Shown piece by piece: positions 20,335 through 29,802 of a DNA stretch of 40,701 nt. The first letter of the stretch is position 1. Every line of letters begins with the position of its first letter. Origin of the DNA: Stramenopiles sp. TOSAG23-2 (lineage: Eukaryota); contig LT649306.1 of the NCBI GenBank assembly GCA_900128395.1, positions 1-40,701 of the forward strand, written 5' to 3'. Made by a program: the position numbers and the translations under genes. Under the pieces are notes generated by a model. The model was not told where the DNA came from and searched no databases. It worked only from the letters and a program-made list of their open reading frames with translations.

Positions 20335-21037
20335 TATTATTGTTATTATTATTATTGCTCTCTACTGATAATAAATATTCTATGTCTGTATCTAGTTGTG
20401 TTTATGTATGTCCATGTATATATATATATATATATAGGAGTATTCTGTGTATATTGCATTGCATTTCTTGAGTAATAGAATATCTTATTTCAATATTCTA
20501 TTTTAGTTCATCAATAATATGTGCGTGTGTGTTGTTTATTATGCTGCCGGGAGGAGGCGAGAGAAAGAAGGTGATGTTGACGTTGAGACAATGGTATTAC
20601 TATGTTAATCTTATCCTAGAATTGAAAAGCCGGCTACTTTAGTACCGATCGCAAGAAACGGCCGCCCAAAATCTCTGAACTAAAAACAACCATTTAATAT
20701 ATAAATTACCGATAATATCGATAATAATATATCATATTCTATAATTATATTATAAACAATAAATAAGGATACTATTTCCATTAAAATATTGATACTTTCT
20801 GCGAGAATACACAAAAATCGCGGATGATTGTATATGATTCAACAATAATAATAATAATAACAACACAACTATTATTATTGTGGAATAGTAAAAATAATAA
20901 GAAAATACATAGGTATTCACAGGAGAATAATTGGATATAATCTTTTGTAATCACATCTCTTTACAATACATAAACATATATATATATATATTAAATCAAT
21001 ACTCACATCAATAACGTTATAATAATACAACGAAATC

Positions 21038-21838
21038 ATGCCGAAAAAAGTATTTGATGTTGCAACATTGCGTAGTTCAGTTGTTATTGGAAATCCATCA
21101 ACATATCAAGAAAAACAATGGAGTTCAGCAACAAAACAACAGTTTCCAAACCCAGGTAAACCAACATATAAACGTGTAAAGAAAGAGCCAAATAAAAGTG
21201 ATGTACCATTTGGTGATAATCGAACTAGAAATTTCAACGATTTCTATTCAGAGCAATATTGTAAAGATACATCGTCACAATCACAATTATATGAAAAAAG
21301 AAAACCTGCACCAGGTTTTGATAGGCTATCAGCAAATAAAACAAACTATGAGTTAGGAGAGACTGAAACTGTATACAAAACACAAAATATGAGATCGACG
21401 CAAAATCCTAAGAACTTACCAAAGCCACAAGGTCCGACATATCCACCTCTAGACAAAAGAGAGTTTAATCCACATAATTTAGCTGGGTATAAATATAATT
21501 TAGTTACATGTAAAAAAGAAGGATATATACAACGTCCTCAACCAGGATCGTTGCCAAATTGCGATAAAGATTTATATGGAAATTTAGTTGGGTATGGGAA
21601 TCCAAAAACTTATTATGATTTAACAGTAGGACGCACGAGGCCAAAGCCAAGGAAACCGGCATCAGTTGCAGAACAAGAAAAGAATATGGAAGCACCTTTA
21701 GATTCGTTAATGGCTTTACGTCCACCTTTATCACGCGATAAAGCATATCACCCTTTAGGAAACACAAGAAACCGATCAAGTAATCCAAATAGTCCAATTG
21801 CAAAGAGAATGATGGGTGCTAGTTCGATTCAATTTTAA
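21038..21838 (+). CDS. Hypothetical basic, Pro-rich disordered protein; possible axonemal microtubule-inner protein
   Basis: 266-aa ORF with recurring SSVVIG / SDVPFGD / TNYELGE motifs followed by WSSATKQQF / YKTQN. The ORF is solid; the function is speculative. Confidence 0.7.
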   Translation: MPKKVFDVATLRSSVVIGNPSTYQEKQWSSATKQQFPNPGKPTYKRVKKEPNKSDVPFGDNRTRNFNDFYSEQYCKDTSSQSQLYEKRKPAPGFDRLSANKTNYELGETETVYKTQNMRSTQNPKNLPKPQGPTYPPLDKREFNPHNLAGYKYNLVTCKKEGYIQRPQPGSLPNCDKDLYGNLVGYGNPKTYYDLTVGRTRPKPRKPASVAEQEKNMEAPLDSLMALRPPLSRDKAYHPLGNTRNRSSNPNSPIAKRMMGASSIQF

Positions 21839-22031
21839 AAATATATATATAAGAGTAGGAATTGTCATGGATATGATAGGAATAAAAAATTAAAATACGC
21901 GTGTACTTTTATATATAAACTGTCGTATAATTATTAATATTTATCAGATAAACGTGTATCATATCATATCATCATATATATATTATACGGCGGTGTGCGT
22001 ATGATATATTTTAACGAATCGCCAACTCAAA

Positions 22032-24875
22032 TCAAATTTCGCTAGTGTCGTCTGCATCATCCTCATCTCTTGCTTCACTCTCATCATCATTCTCCCCTCT
22101 ATCACTACTTTCCTCGTCACTTCCACCATCATCGTCACTTCCACCATCATCGCTACCAAAATTTTGATCATCGTCCTCCTCCTCTATCTTTTTTTCTTTT
22201 TGATATTTAACAGTTTTGCCATCTTTATCTTTAAAGTCTGCACATTCCAATACAAAAGCATTTGTTTTTTTAAACGAATTTGCCTCATCATATGTCTCAA
22301 ATTGAACTTCGTATATTTTATCATCACTATCATCGTTTTTTACTGTTACATTGGATAAATTTTTAATCGCCTCGGTGGCTAAAATGCCACAAGCAATTTG
22401 ACAACGTGATGCATCCATAATTCTATGAGTAAATTTCAACGTACTGATAACATTTTTACTAATCCATTCTTTATCCTCCTTTAATAAATCTGAATAACTA
22501 GGCCGCTTTGATTTTTCCTCTAACCGATATAATTTCATCGTAATCGTTATAAACTCTTCACACCATTCTTTCACGATTGAACTTGGATTTAAATCTTTTA
22601 AAAACAATTTAAATCGTTTTTGTCCATATATAGATTCATTTAACGATTTAAATGCATCGAATAGATATTTTGGCGCTACGGCGTTGCCATCTTTTGTTGT
22701 TTCTGAATTTCCCATGGCTCCATTTAATGTCACTTTATTGAAATCAAATTTTGCAATTTTATCGTTTGAATTCGTTTCTAACGCCTCTTCATATTCGTTT
22801 ATTACTTTCTCCACCTCTTTTTCAAAGAAATTATGTTGTTTCAATATATTTAAATACAATTTACAAACTACTGTGACAAACCTTTTTCGTTTTTCAACAA
22901 ATGATTCATCATCTTGTAAGTGTTTCTCTTTCATTAAAAATGGGAACGATGTTTGGAACATTTGATACGCTTTATCTAAAATAAAATTAGTTCCAGCTCT
23001 ACTTTGGGAAGATGACATTCCAGAATTTCCACTATAAGTTCTTGCTACAAATCCAATTAATACGGCAATTGATGATACAACTTCATGGTAACGTTTTGTT
23101 GTTTCAAATTTACGCTCATTCACCATATTCCATCCTAAATTTGTATTGTTTCCTGCCATAGTGACTACAATATCTTTCACTCCAATAAATCTATCTAAAA
23201 ACAAATGATATGCTTTGATGGTAATTTCGTCATCTTCTTCTTCTTCTTCTTCCTCCTCCTCCTCCTCCGTTGCTTCTTCGTCCGTTGATGCAATTTTTTC
23301 ATTGTCTTTCATACTTGATATCCATAAATATGGGACTGAATTTATTTGTTTATCTGATAATCCTGTAGCTTCGTCATCACTATCATCGTCATCGCCACCA
23401 TCATTGCTATTATCCTCTAATCCAGTTGTATCTGGTATGGATGGTGTAGTTATAAATTTATATGGATTTTGAACGGTTTCTGGGGCAATGACACATGTAA
23501 GGAAACGAATTCTATTTTTGCTATTCATGCAATCATTTACAAATAGTTCTAATTGCTCGGAATTGCCTTGTGGGCAAAAAATCATTGCACCACACAAACG
23601 ATCGTATTCAACTTCATGATTATTATTTGCATATACAATTTCTCCATTTGTAATTTTAGCTTTCGATTTATTTATCTGTTTTTTTTTAATTTCAGATATT
23701 TTTTTCGTAGATAAAATTGTCAATTTTGAATCCTTACCGCTTGCAATACCAACATGAGTAATAGCAGCAACCGCTTCAGGTAAGTAGGTACCATCTGTAA
23801 ACAATAAAAAGTTTTGTTTCGTAAATCCACCATCTTCATCCCCATTCCCGTCACCACCACTATTGTTAAAAATAATAGTTCCTTTTCGTATTAATGGTGT
23901 ATATATATATTTCTTATCAAGACCTAAATCAAATCTTTTTAATGGAATGGATGTTGCATCAAAATAAAACAATGGTTTTTCAATTGCAGGTGATTTTCCA
24001 CACAATTTATCTAAATACGTGTCTTCGCCATGTACCATAGCACCTGCTCGTATGTATTGACCAATGTAACCTAATGTGACACCACTTACCATATTTATTA
24101 AAGGTGAAAAGGACAATGACGTACTTGATGCCATTACATCCGCTAATTTCAAATCATCTTCATCTTTTGATTCTTTAAACTCATCTAGTGCAGTGGAACA
24201 TCTTTCTAAATCGTTTGCATTTAAATGTGTAAATTCACCACCACGTTTTAATACCAACTTTGGGTGGGATTTATTACCATATTCAGGTAAATATCCATTT
24301 TGTTCTTGAAATGCTGCTATGCCATTTATCATACTATGTATTTCAACTCCATCCGTTATCACTCGTCGTTGCAAATCAAGCGATTGATATGAATTTTTGT
24401 TCAACAGACTATATCTAAAAGATTTATCTTTAAATTTAATTCCACGGTCGATGAACGTGTAACCTGCTAATCCAACATTACATGCATTTATAAAACATAT
24501 TGGTGGTCGTTGCGCACGACAATATTCGTTGTAACGAATTAAGTTGGTTCTATTACAAGTTGTAAATATAACAATGTCAACTAAACTTAAAGCTCCTTCT
24601 GGTACACCTGCACTACCGGTGAAAAAAGACGTTTCTACTTCAACATCAAAACGATTTATTAAATAGTTTGTCATCGCTTCACCACGAGTTTTAATATCAA
24701 CATCATTTCCAGCATAATATTCCGTCATAGTTTCAACATCTTCATTTGTAACTGTTTCCTTATCATATAAATATATTTTTTTCACGTCACCTGATTTACA
24801 CAAACCAGTTGCTATTGTACAACCAATCTGTTCTAAGCCACAGACGAGAATGGTACCAGAATGTGTCAATGGCAT
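22032..24875 (-). CDS. Highly divergent UBA1-like (ubiquitin-activating E1) protein, probably catalytically inactive
   Basis: Likely start is ATG 24875 (MPLTHSG; the track starts at GTG 24977). ThiF-type ILVCGLEQIGCTIATGL..VKKIYLYD..V...DV, NEYCRAQRPPICFINA..GLAGYTFID, SPLINMVSG, LFYFDA, plus later collinear UBA1-like blocks. Confidence 0.8.
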   Translation of the reverse strand: MPLTHSGTILVCGLEQIGCTIATGLCKSGDVKKIYLYDKETVTNEDVETMTEYYAGNDVDIKTRGEAMTNYLINRFDVEVETSFFTGSAGVPEGALSLVDIVIFTTCNRTNLIRYNEYCRAQRPPICFINACNVGLAGYTFIDRGIKFKDKSFRYSLLNKNSYQSLDLQRRVITDGVEIHSMINGIAAFQEQNGYLPEYGNKSHPKLVLKRGGEFTHLNANDLERCSTALDEFKESKDEDDLKLADVMASSTSLSFSPLINMVSGVTLGYIGQYIRAGAMVHGEDTYLDKLCGKSPAIEKPLFYFDATSIPLKRFDLGLDKKYIYTPLIRKGTIIFNNSGGDGNGDEDGGFTKQNFLLFTDGTYLPEAVAAITHVGIASGKDSKLTILSTKKISEIKKKQINKSKAKITNGEIVYANNNHEVEYDRLCGAMIFCPQGNSEQLELFVNDCMNSKNRIRFLTCVIAPETVQNPYKFITTPSIPDTTGLEDNSNDGGDDDDSDDEATGLSDKQINSVPYLWISSMKDNEKIASTDEEATEEEEEEEEEEEDDEITIKAYHLFLDRFIGVKDIVVTMAGNNTNLGWNMVNERKFETTKRYHEVVSSIAVLIGFVARTYSGNSGMSSSQSRAGTNFILDKAYQMFQTSFPFLMKEKHLQDDESFVEKRKRFVTVVCKLYLNILKQHNFFEKEVEKVINEYEEALETNSNDKIAKFDFNKVTLNGAMGNSETTKDGNAVAPKYLFDAFKSLNESIYGQKRFKLFLKDLNPSSIVKEWCEEFITITMKLYRLEEKSKRPSYSDLLKEDKEWISKNVISTLKFTHRIMDASRCQIACGILATEAIKNLSNVTVKNDDSDDKIYEVQFETYDEANSFKKTNAFVLECADFKDKDGKTVKYQKEKKIEEEDDDQNFGSDDGGSDDDGGSDEESSDRGENDDESEARDEDDADDTSEI

Positions 24876-25048
24876 GATATTTTGTTTGTAGTCGTTATTG
24901 TGATAATATATATGGTTTGGTTTGGATTTAAATCTTGTTGCTTTGTGTTTATATATATAGTGTTTCCCTCTTCCCACCTCTAATTATTTTGTATAGGTGT
25001 TTGTTTGGGTTTGAAATATTTTAGCTAGTACTGTATTTATAACGGCCA

Positions 25049-25135
25049 TGGACGGCGGCTGTCCAGCTGCTGCGCTGTCCAGGCTGTCCAGGGCTGTCCA
25101 GGCTGTCTCGCTGTCTATCTGCGGCTGTACCTGGC
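25049..25135. repeat. GC-rich GCTGTC(CAG) micro-repeat array in a divergent promoter
   Basis: GCTGTCCAG at 25058, 25074, 25083 and 25093; GCTGTC at 25102 and 25110; inverted TGGACGGC at 25049. Confidence 0.85.
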
Positions 25136-25488
25136 CAACCTGCCTATTTAAGTACTAATACCAGTGAACATATAGAATTATAGTGTATAAATATCATTTG
25201 CTTGTTTATTACATTTCCTTAAACTGCCAGCCACGGTCATATAGCGAGTAGCTAGCTAGTGTAAGTGGTATATATGTGCGTATGTGCTACTTTAAACTTT
25301 GTTGTTGCGAGCCAGCTGGGCCAGCTGGGCCAGTTTGTTTCAGCAGAAAGTAAGATAAAGCTCTATATTACTAGAATTACAGATAAATAATAGATTTATA
25401 ATAGGCTGTATACAGAAGAAAGACGGCCCACATAGATGGCAAACACAATCATCTTTATCATCTTACACTGTACAAATAGAAACACAAA

Positions 25489-26406
25489 ATGAAATTATTC
25501 AATTTAATAACATATCTCTGTATATCCTCAATTACAACTACTGTTGGATTAGATTGTCAATTTGGACATGATGGAAAATCATATAATTGGGAGTTAAAAA
25601 ATGACCACCCAGTTGACCGAGCAGAAATTAAAAAATTAGGAAAAGCATTACATTTCAAAGAATGGCATAACAATCAACATTGGGATTTATTATTATCGGA
25701 TGAAAAGTCCATGTGTGATATTGATGGTCTATGCTGTGAAGTGATGAAAGATGGAACAAATCGTGTATCTGAAGTAAAACTAGAAAGAAATAATTTAAAA
25801 GGATACATTCCAGATACTTTTTACAAATTAAGCAATGCTAAAATTGTTGAATTTCATTTAAATTATGTAAAAAACTTTCCTGCAAAGTTAGATCAAATGC
25901 CATTATTGCAACAAGCAAAATTTGGTAGAAACCCTATATGTGGAAATTTACCAAATTGGAAATTTGGACCGCAATTAACAAAAGTTAATTGTAACTTCTG
26001 TTGTTTATCTGGTCCCTTTCCAGATGATCTTTTTGTTAATCAGCCTAATCTCGAAGAATCGTATTGGGATGGTAATGCATTCAACGGTAGCTTACCATCC
26101 AGTATAAATAATTTAACAGGATTAACAAAAATTAGTTTTAATTTAAATAGTTTTACAGGTAAGATACCTAGTAAATTATGTTCATTGCCATTATTAACAG
26201 ATTGTCGTATTGGAAGCGATACTAATTTTGATCCATACGATACTAGTGAAGGTAGCCCAGAAAGAAAATGGTTATTCAATAAAGATGGCAGAAGCATTTG
26301 GAATGGTAATATGTTTGATTGTCCAATCCCTTCGGATTGTGATATTGGTGCTTGTAAAATAAATGCAAGTTTACCATCTAGTCCAATTAAATGTCATTCT
26401 AAATAA
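25489..26406 (+). CDS. Secreted leucine-rich-repeat protein (plant-type LRRs)
   Basis: Signal-peptide-like N-terminus. Cap motif GLCC..RVSEVKLERNNLKGYIP; repeats NAFNGSLPSSINNLTGL and NSFTGKIPSKLCSL; Cys-rich C-terminus. Confidence 0.88.
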   Translation: MKLFNLITYLCISSITTTVGLDCQFGHDGKSYNWELKNDHPVDRAEIKKLGKALHFKEWHNNQHWDLLLSDEKSMCDIDGLCCEVMKDGTNRVSEVKLERNNLKGYIPDTFYKLSNAKIVEFHLNYVKNFPAKLDQMPLLQQAKFGRNPICGNLPNWKFGPQLTKVNCNFCCLSGPFPDDLFVNQPNLEESYWDGNAFNGSLPSSINNLTGLTKISFNLNSFTGKIPSKLCSLPLLTDCRIGSDTNFDPYDTSEGSPERKWLFNKDGRSIWNGNMFDCPIPSDCDIGACKINASLPSSPIKCHSK

Positions 26407-26469
26407 AAAAAAAAATTAATAGTATCTATTCTTCATATGTGCGACGAGCAATATTAAAAAATAAAAAAT

Positions 26470-26865
26470 TTAATTATTAATATTTAACTCCTTACTATTA
26501 TTTTTCTTCTTTTTCTTTTTCTTCTTCTTTTTAGGTGTATCATCATCTTCATCATTATTATTATTATTACTACCACGTGCAAGATGATTTTCTACAGTTT
26601 TATTATAACCACTGAATGATCGACGACCATAATTATGTTGACTTTTTTTATTTTTTACAATAATTAAACCACTATTATTTAATATACCCTTCTTATTTAT
26701 CTTATTATTATTTGTTGTTGTTGCTGTCTTCCACTGTTTTTCAAAAATTTCTAATTCTCGTTTTCTTTTTTTACTTTCATTTGTTTCAATATCTACTTTC
26801 TCTGCACTCCGTTTCATAAATCCCATACTTTTAATATTGGACGATAATTTTTTATTCCCAGGCAT
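26470..26865 (-). CDS. MPP6: M-phase phosphoprotein 6-like nuclear exosome cofactor
   Basis: LSSNIKSMGFMKR and YGRRSFSGYNKTVE are the two MPP6 signature motifs. Confidence 0.8.
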   Translation of the reverse strand: MPGNKKLSSNIKSMGFMKRSAEKVDIETNESKKRKRELEIFEKQWKTATTTNNNKINKKGILNNSGLIIVKNKKSQHNYGRRSFSGYNKTVENHLARGSNNNNNDEDDDTPKKKKKKKKKKNNSKELNINN

Positions 26866-26931
26866 ATTGTCTAATCAGTATATAACATAAATATAATACA
26901 ATTTACAAACGAGAAAAAAAAAAAAGGGGGG

Positions 26932-26962
<31 letters not shown>

Positions 26963-26977
26963 AAAATAAAAAAAAAA

Positions 26978-27073
26978 NNNNNNNNNNNNNNNNNNNNNNN
27001 NNNNNNNNNNNNNNNNNNNNNNNNNNNNNNNNNNNNNNNNNNNNNNNNNNNNNNNNNNNNNNNNNNNNNNNNN
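26978..27073. other. Scaffold gap (96 N) flanked by poly-A and poly-G runs
   Basis: Directly visible. The flanks are low-complexity and unreliable. Confidence 0.99.
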
Positions 27074-27711
27074 NGGGGGGGGGGGGGCTGTGTCTTGTTT
27101 TGTTCTATTACAATTTAAACTGTCTCTACACCTTCTCTTATATTTCTATATATTTCTATAAGTAATAATAATAAAATCCAATAAATAAATAAATAAATAA
27201 AAAAAAATAACAAAAAAAAAAACATCCCATTGTTATATATGCACATATGTGCATCTTCTTGTAACTCCTCCTGTGTCTGCAATGTGCATCAAAAAAAAAA
27301 TAAAAAATATGGAGTAAAAATTTCAAAAATTTCCATTTCAATATAATTGCAATAGGCAACATATATCATTTATATTCGTATTATTATTTTTTATAGTTAT
27401 TATTTATTAATACTTACTTTTGGCCTTTTTGAATAATAATATAATACGCCACAATTTCCATCGTCATTATTCCCCATCCTCCATATTATTAATTAATATT
27501 ATAGACGACTGACTATATATATGTATATATAACTAAAAAATAATAATTTTTATTAATTTTTAGTTAGAGAGGTATATATATCCATCTATCTGTACTGTCC
27601 TGTATAGAGTAGATCCTCCTGAAACAAAATTAGAATAGAAAAATAGATACGGAGGAAAGAAAAAGCTTGTTCGTAAATAACAATACATTCTATATCATAG
27701 CAACGATCAAT

Positions 27712-29304
27712 ATGTGGTCACAACCTTCGTCGGCACAACCAAATTCAACGAACGGTGGTCCATCACCTAGAGCAGCACATTCTTGTGATTTAATTGGTAA
27801 TAAATTATTCGTATTTGGTGGATGGAACGGTAAGTCAGCGTTAAATGATTTACACGTATTGGATTTCGAGACTTCTAAATGGAAACAAGTAGAGCTTCGC
27901 GGTGTGCCACCTTCGTCGCGTAATAACCATACAATTGCAATGGTTGGTATCAAATTATATCTGCATGGTGGTCATGATGGTAAACAATGGCTGAATGATT
28001 TACACGTACTAGACACAGATAGACGGGAATGGTCTACACCAAGTGTTTCCGGTAATTTGCCATCATCACGAGCTTGTCATACATTGACACGCGTTGGGCA
28101 AAAACTGTATTTATTTGGTGGATACGATGGTAAAAAATGTTTTAATGATATTGACGTCTTTGATTTAGATACGAATTATTGGTCTAGACCACGTTGTTTT
28201 GGTACTACGCCAACACCACGAAATGCACATAGTGTAACCTCTGTTGGTAGGAAATTATATTTATTTGGTGGCCACTCTGGGAATAAGCACTTATCTGATT
28301 TACATGCTTTTGATGTAGAAACGTTTACATGGGAACAAATTGAAACATGTGGACGTCCACCACCAGGTTTACGTGGTCATACTGCAAGTGCAATTGGTAC
28401 AAAAATTTATTTTTTTGGTGGATATGATGGACGCGGTAGATCAAATTTAGTATTTACATTGAACTTATTAGGTGGTGGTGCCATACATGGTATAGAAGAA
28501 GGCGATGATGATATTAAGATGCGACAAAATAATAATAATAATAATAATAGTCTCAAGTCATCGTCCCATTCTAAATTGATGGAATGGAACCATCCAAAAA
28601 TTACAGAAAAAGCGCCAGTCGGTAGACAACGTCATACGGCATGTTTAGTCGGTAGTAAAAAGCTATATATATTAGGTGGATTTGATGGCTATAAATGGTT
28701 AAATGATTTGCATATATTAGATGTTGGCCAATTAGAAAAATCAACATTAAAAAAACAAGCAACTGATACGTTGCTAGGAAATATGCGATTATTATTAAAC
28801 AATCCAGATATGTTTCCAGATGTTGTATTTATAATTGAAAATAAAAAAATCTATGCCCATAAAGCAATCATTGCTGTCCAATGTGACGTGTTTAAAGCAA
28901 TGTTATCGAATGGCATGAAAGAAAGTAAACAACAGGAAATACAAATACATGAATGGTCATATGATTCGTTTTTGTCGATGTTGGAATTTTTATATACTGG
29001 CCAAATCGAACAATTTGATGCAAATAGTGCTGTCAATTTATTATCATTAGTGGATCATTATACATTAGATGGATTAAGAGAATTATGTGAAAATACTTTG
29101 ATTCGAAGTATAAAATTAGATAACGCATGTTTACTATTAAGAATGAGTGAGCAAAGTGGAGCACAAATGTTGAAAAAATATTGTCTTCAATATGTATTGT
29201 CAAATTTTGAAAAAATTGTTGAAACGAAAGCATTTGATGATTTGAAAAGTGATCCACAATTATTATTAGAAATAACAAAAGCAAGCATGGGGAGAAAGAA
29301 GTAA
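27712..29304 (+). CDS. Kelch-repeat plus BTB/POZ protein (LZTR1-like Cullin3 adaptor)
   Basis: First ATG is at 27712. Six R..H...LY.FGG.DG...LNDLH.LD Kelch repeats, then BTB PDVVFIIENKKIYAHKAII..FKAMLSNGMKES..LEFLYTG and a BACK-like tail. Confidence 0.93.
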   Translation: MWSQPSSAQPNSTNGGPSPRAAHSCDLIGNKLFVFGGWNGKSALNDLHVLDFETSKWKQVELRGVPPSSRNNHTIAMVGIKLYLHGGHDGKQWLNDLHVLDTDRREWSTPSVSGNLPSSRACHTLTRVGQKLYLFGGYDGKKCFNDIDVFDLDTNYWSRPRCFGTTPTPRNAHSVTSVGRKLYLFGGHSGNKHLSDLHAFDVETFTWEQIETCGRPPPGLRGHTASAIGTKIYFFGGYDGRGRSNLVFTLNLLGGGAIHGIEEGDDDIKMRQNNNNNNNSLKSSSHSKLMEWNHPKITEKAPVGRQRHTACLVGSKKLYILGGFDGYKWLNDLHILDVGQLEKSTLKKQATDTLLGNMRLLLNNPDMFPDVVFIIENKKIYAHKAIIAVQCDVFKAMLSNGMKESKQQEIQIHEWSYDSFLSMLEFLYTGQIEQFDANSAVNLLSLVDHYTLDGLRELCENTLIRSIKLDNACLLLRMSEQSGAQMLKKYCLQYVLSNFEKIVETKAFDDLKSDPQLLLEITKASMGRKK

Positions 29305-29317
29305 AAAGGGGAGATGG

Positions 29318-29435
29318 TAGATGAAGATGACGAAGGGTATGCAGAAGAATTCCCATTTGAAGATGTTGAAATTGGACCTGCTGATTTCATGGCGAGAGTA
29401 AATGTTGGTAATTTCCGCTCAGCATGGGAGCAAAT
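29318..29435 (+). repeat. 118-bp exact inverted copy of gamma-COP coding sequence 9862-9979
   Basis: Encodes DEDDEGYAEEFPFEDVEIGPADFMARVNVGNFRSAWEQ, identical at nucleotide level to the reverse complement of 9862-9979. Confidence 0.95.
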
Positions 29436-29490
29436 GCTTCAGTTTCATCTTCGACTTCGCTATCATCTGCATCTTCATCTTAATATAATT
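29436..29490 (-). repeat. 55-bp inverted copy of ankyrin-gene segment 33211-33265 (also 33335-33389)
   Basis: 54 of 55 bases match the reverse complement; the mismatch is at 29481. Confidence 0.93.
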
Positions 29491-29590
29491 TGTCATTTAA
29501 TATAATGATATTGGTGTTAAAATCTAAAGTTTATGATAATTTTACTTCCCGTGCTATGATATGATATGCATAATTATATATGATAAGTAA

Positions 29591-29748
29591 TACGAAGAGT
29601 ATATAAAATGTTCTCTTACTCATCGTATATACTTCACGTACAATATTATATACGCTTCGTATTAGATTTTTACACGGCACCGCTTCGCTCTTGATAACAT
29701 TTTTGTTCATTGAAAACATTTCGTACAAACATAAAATGTACTTCGTAT
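29591..29748. promoter_or_regulatory. TACGA/TCGTA motif cluster in a convergent 3' intergenic region
   Basis: TACGAAG at 29591, TCGTA at 29623, TACGCTTCGTA at 29651, TTCGTAC at 29720, CTTCGTA at 29741. Confidence 0.5.
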
Positions 29749-29802
29749 AATAACATAACTCAAAAATTAAATATTATATATGCGTGCGTGTTATTCTCTA
29801 CA

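Noticed and set aside
18416-20471. Plus-strand ORFs overlapping the coiled-coil gene
   Set aside because: Phe/Ser/Leu-rich antisense shadows of Lys/Glu codons.
24876-24977. N-terminal extensions from non-ATG starts (also 291, 5844, 27667)
   Set aside because: The track used GTG/TTG starts; eukaryotic ATG starts fit the domain boundaries better.
25049-25135. CRISPR-like or telomeric array
   Set aside because: Units are 9-10 bp with no unique spacers, the context is eukaryotic with no cas genes, and it is not a terminal telomere repeat.
26912-27087. Poly-A tail of a retrocopy or a poly-G regulatory tract
   Set aside because: Both runs abut the N gap and are typical low-quality contig ends.
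29314-29505. Second gamma-COP gene
   Set aside because: Only 118 bp, identical to the main gene, and fused to an unrelated inverted fragment.
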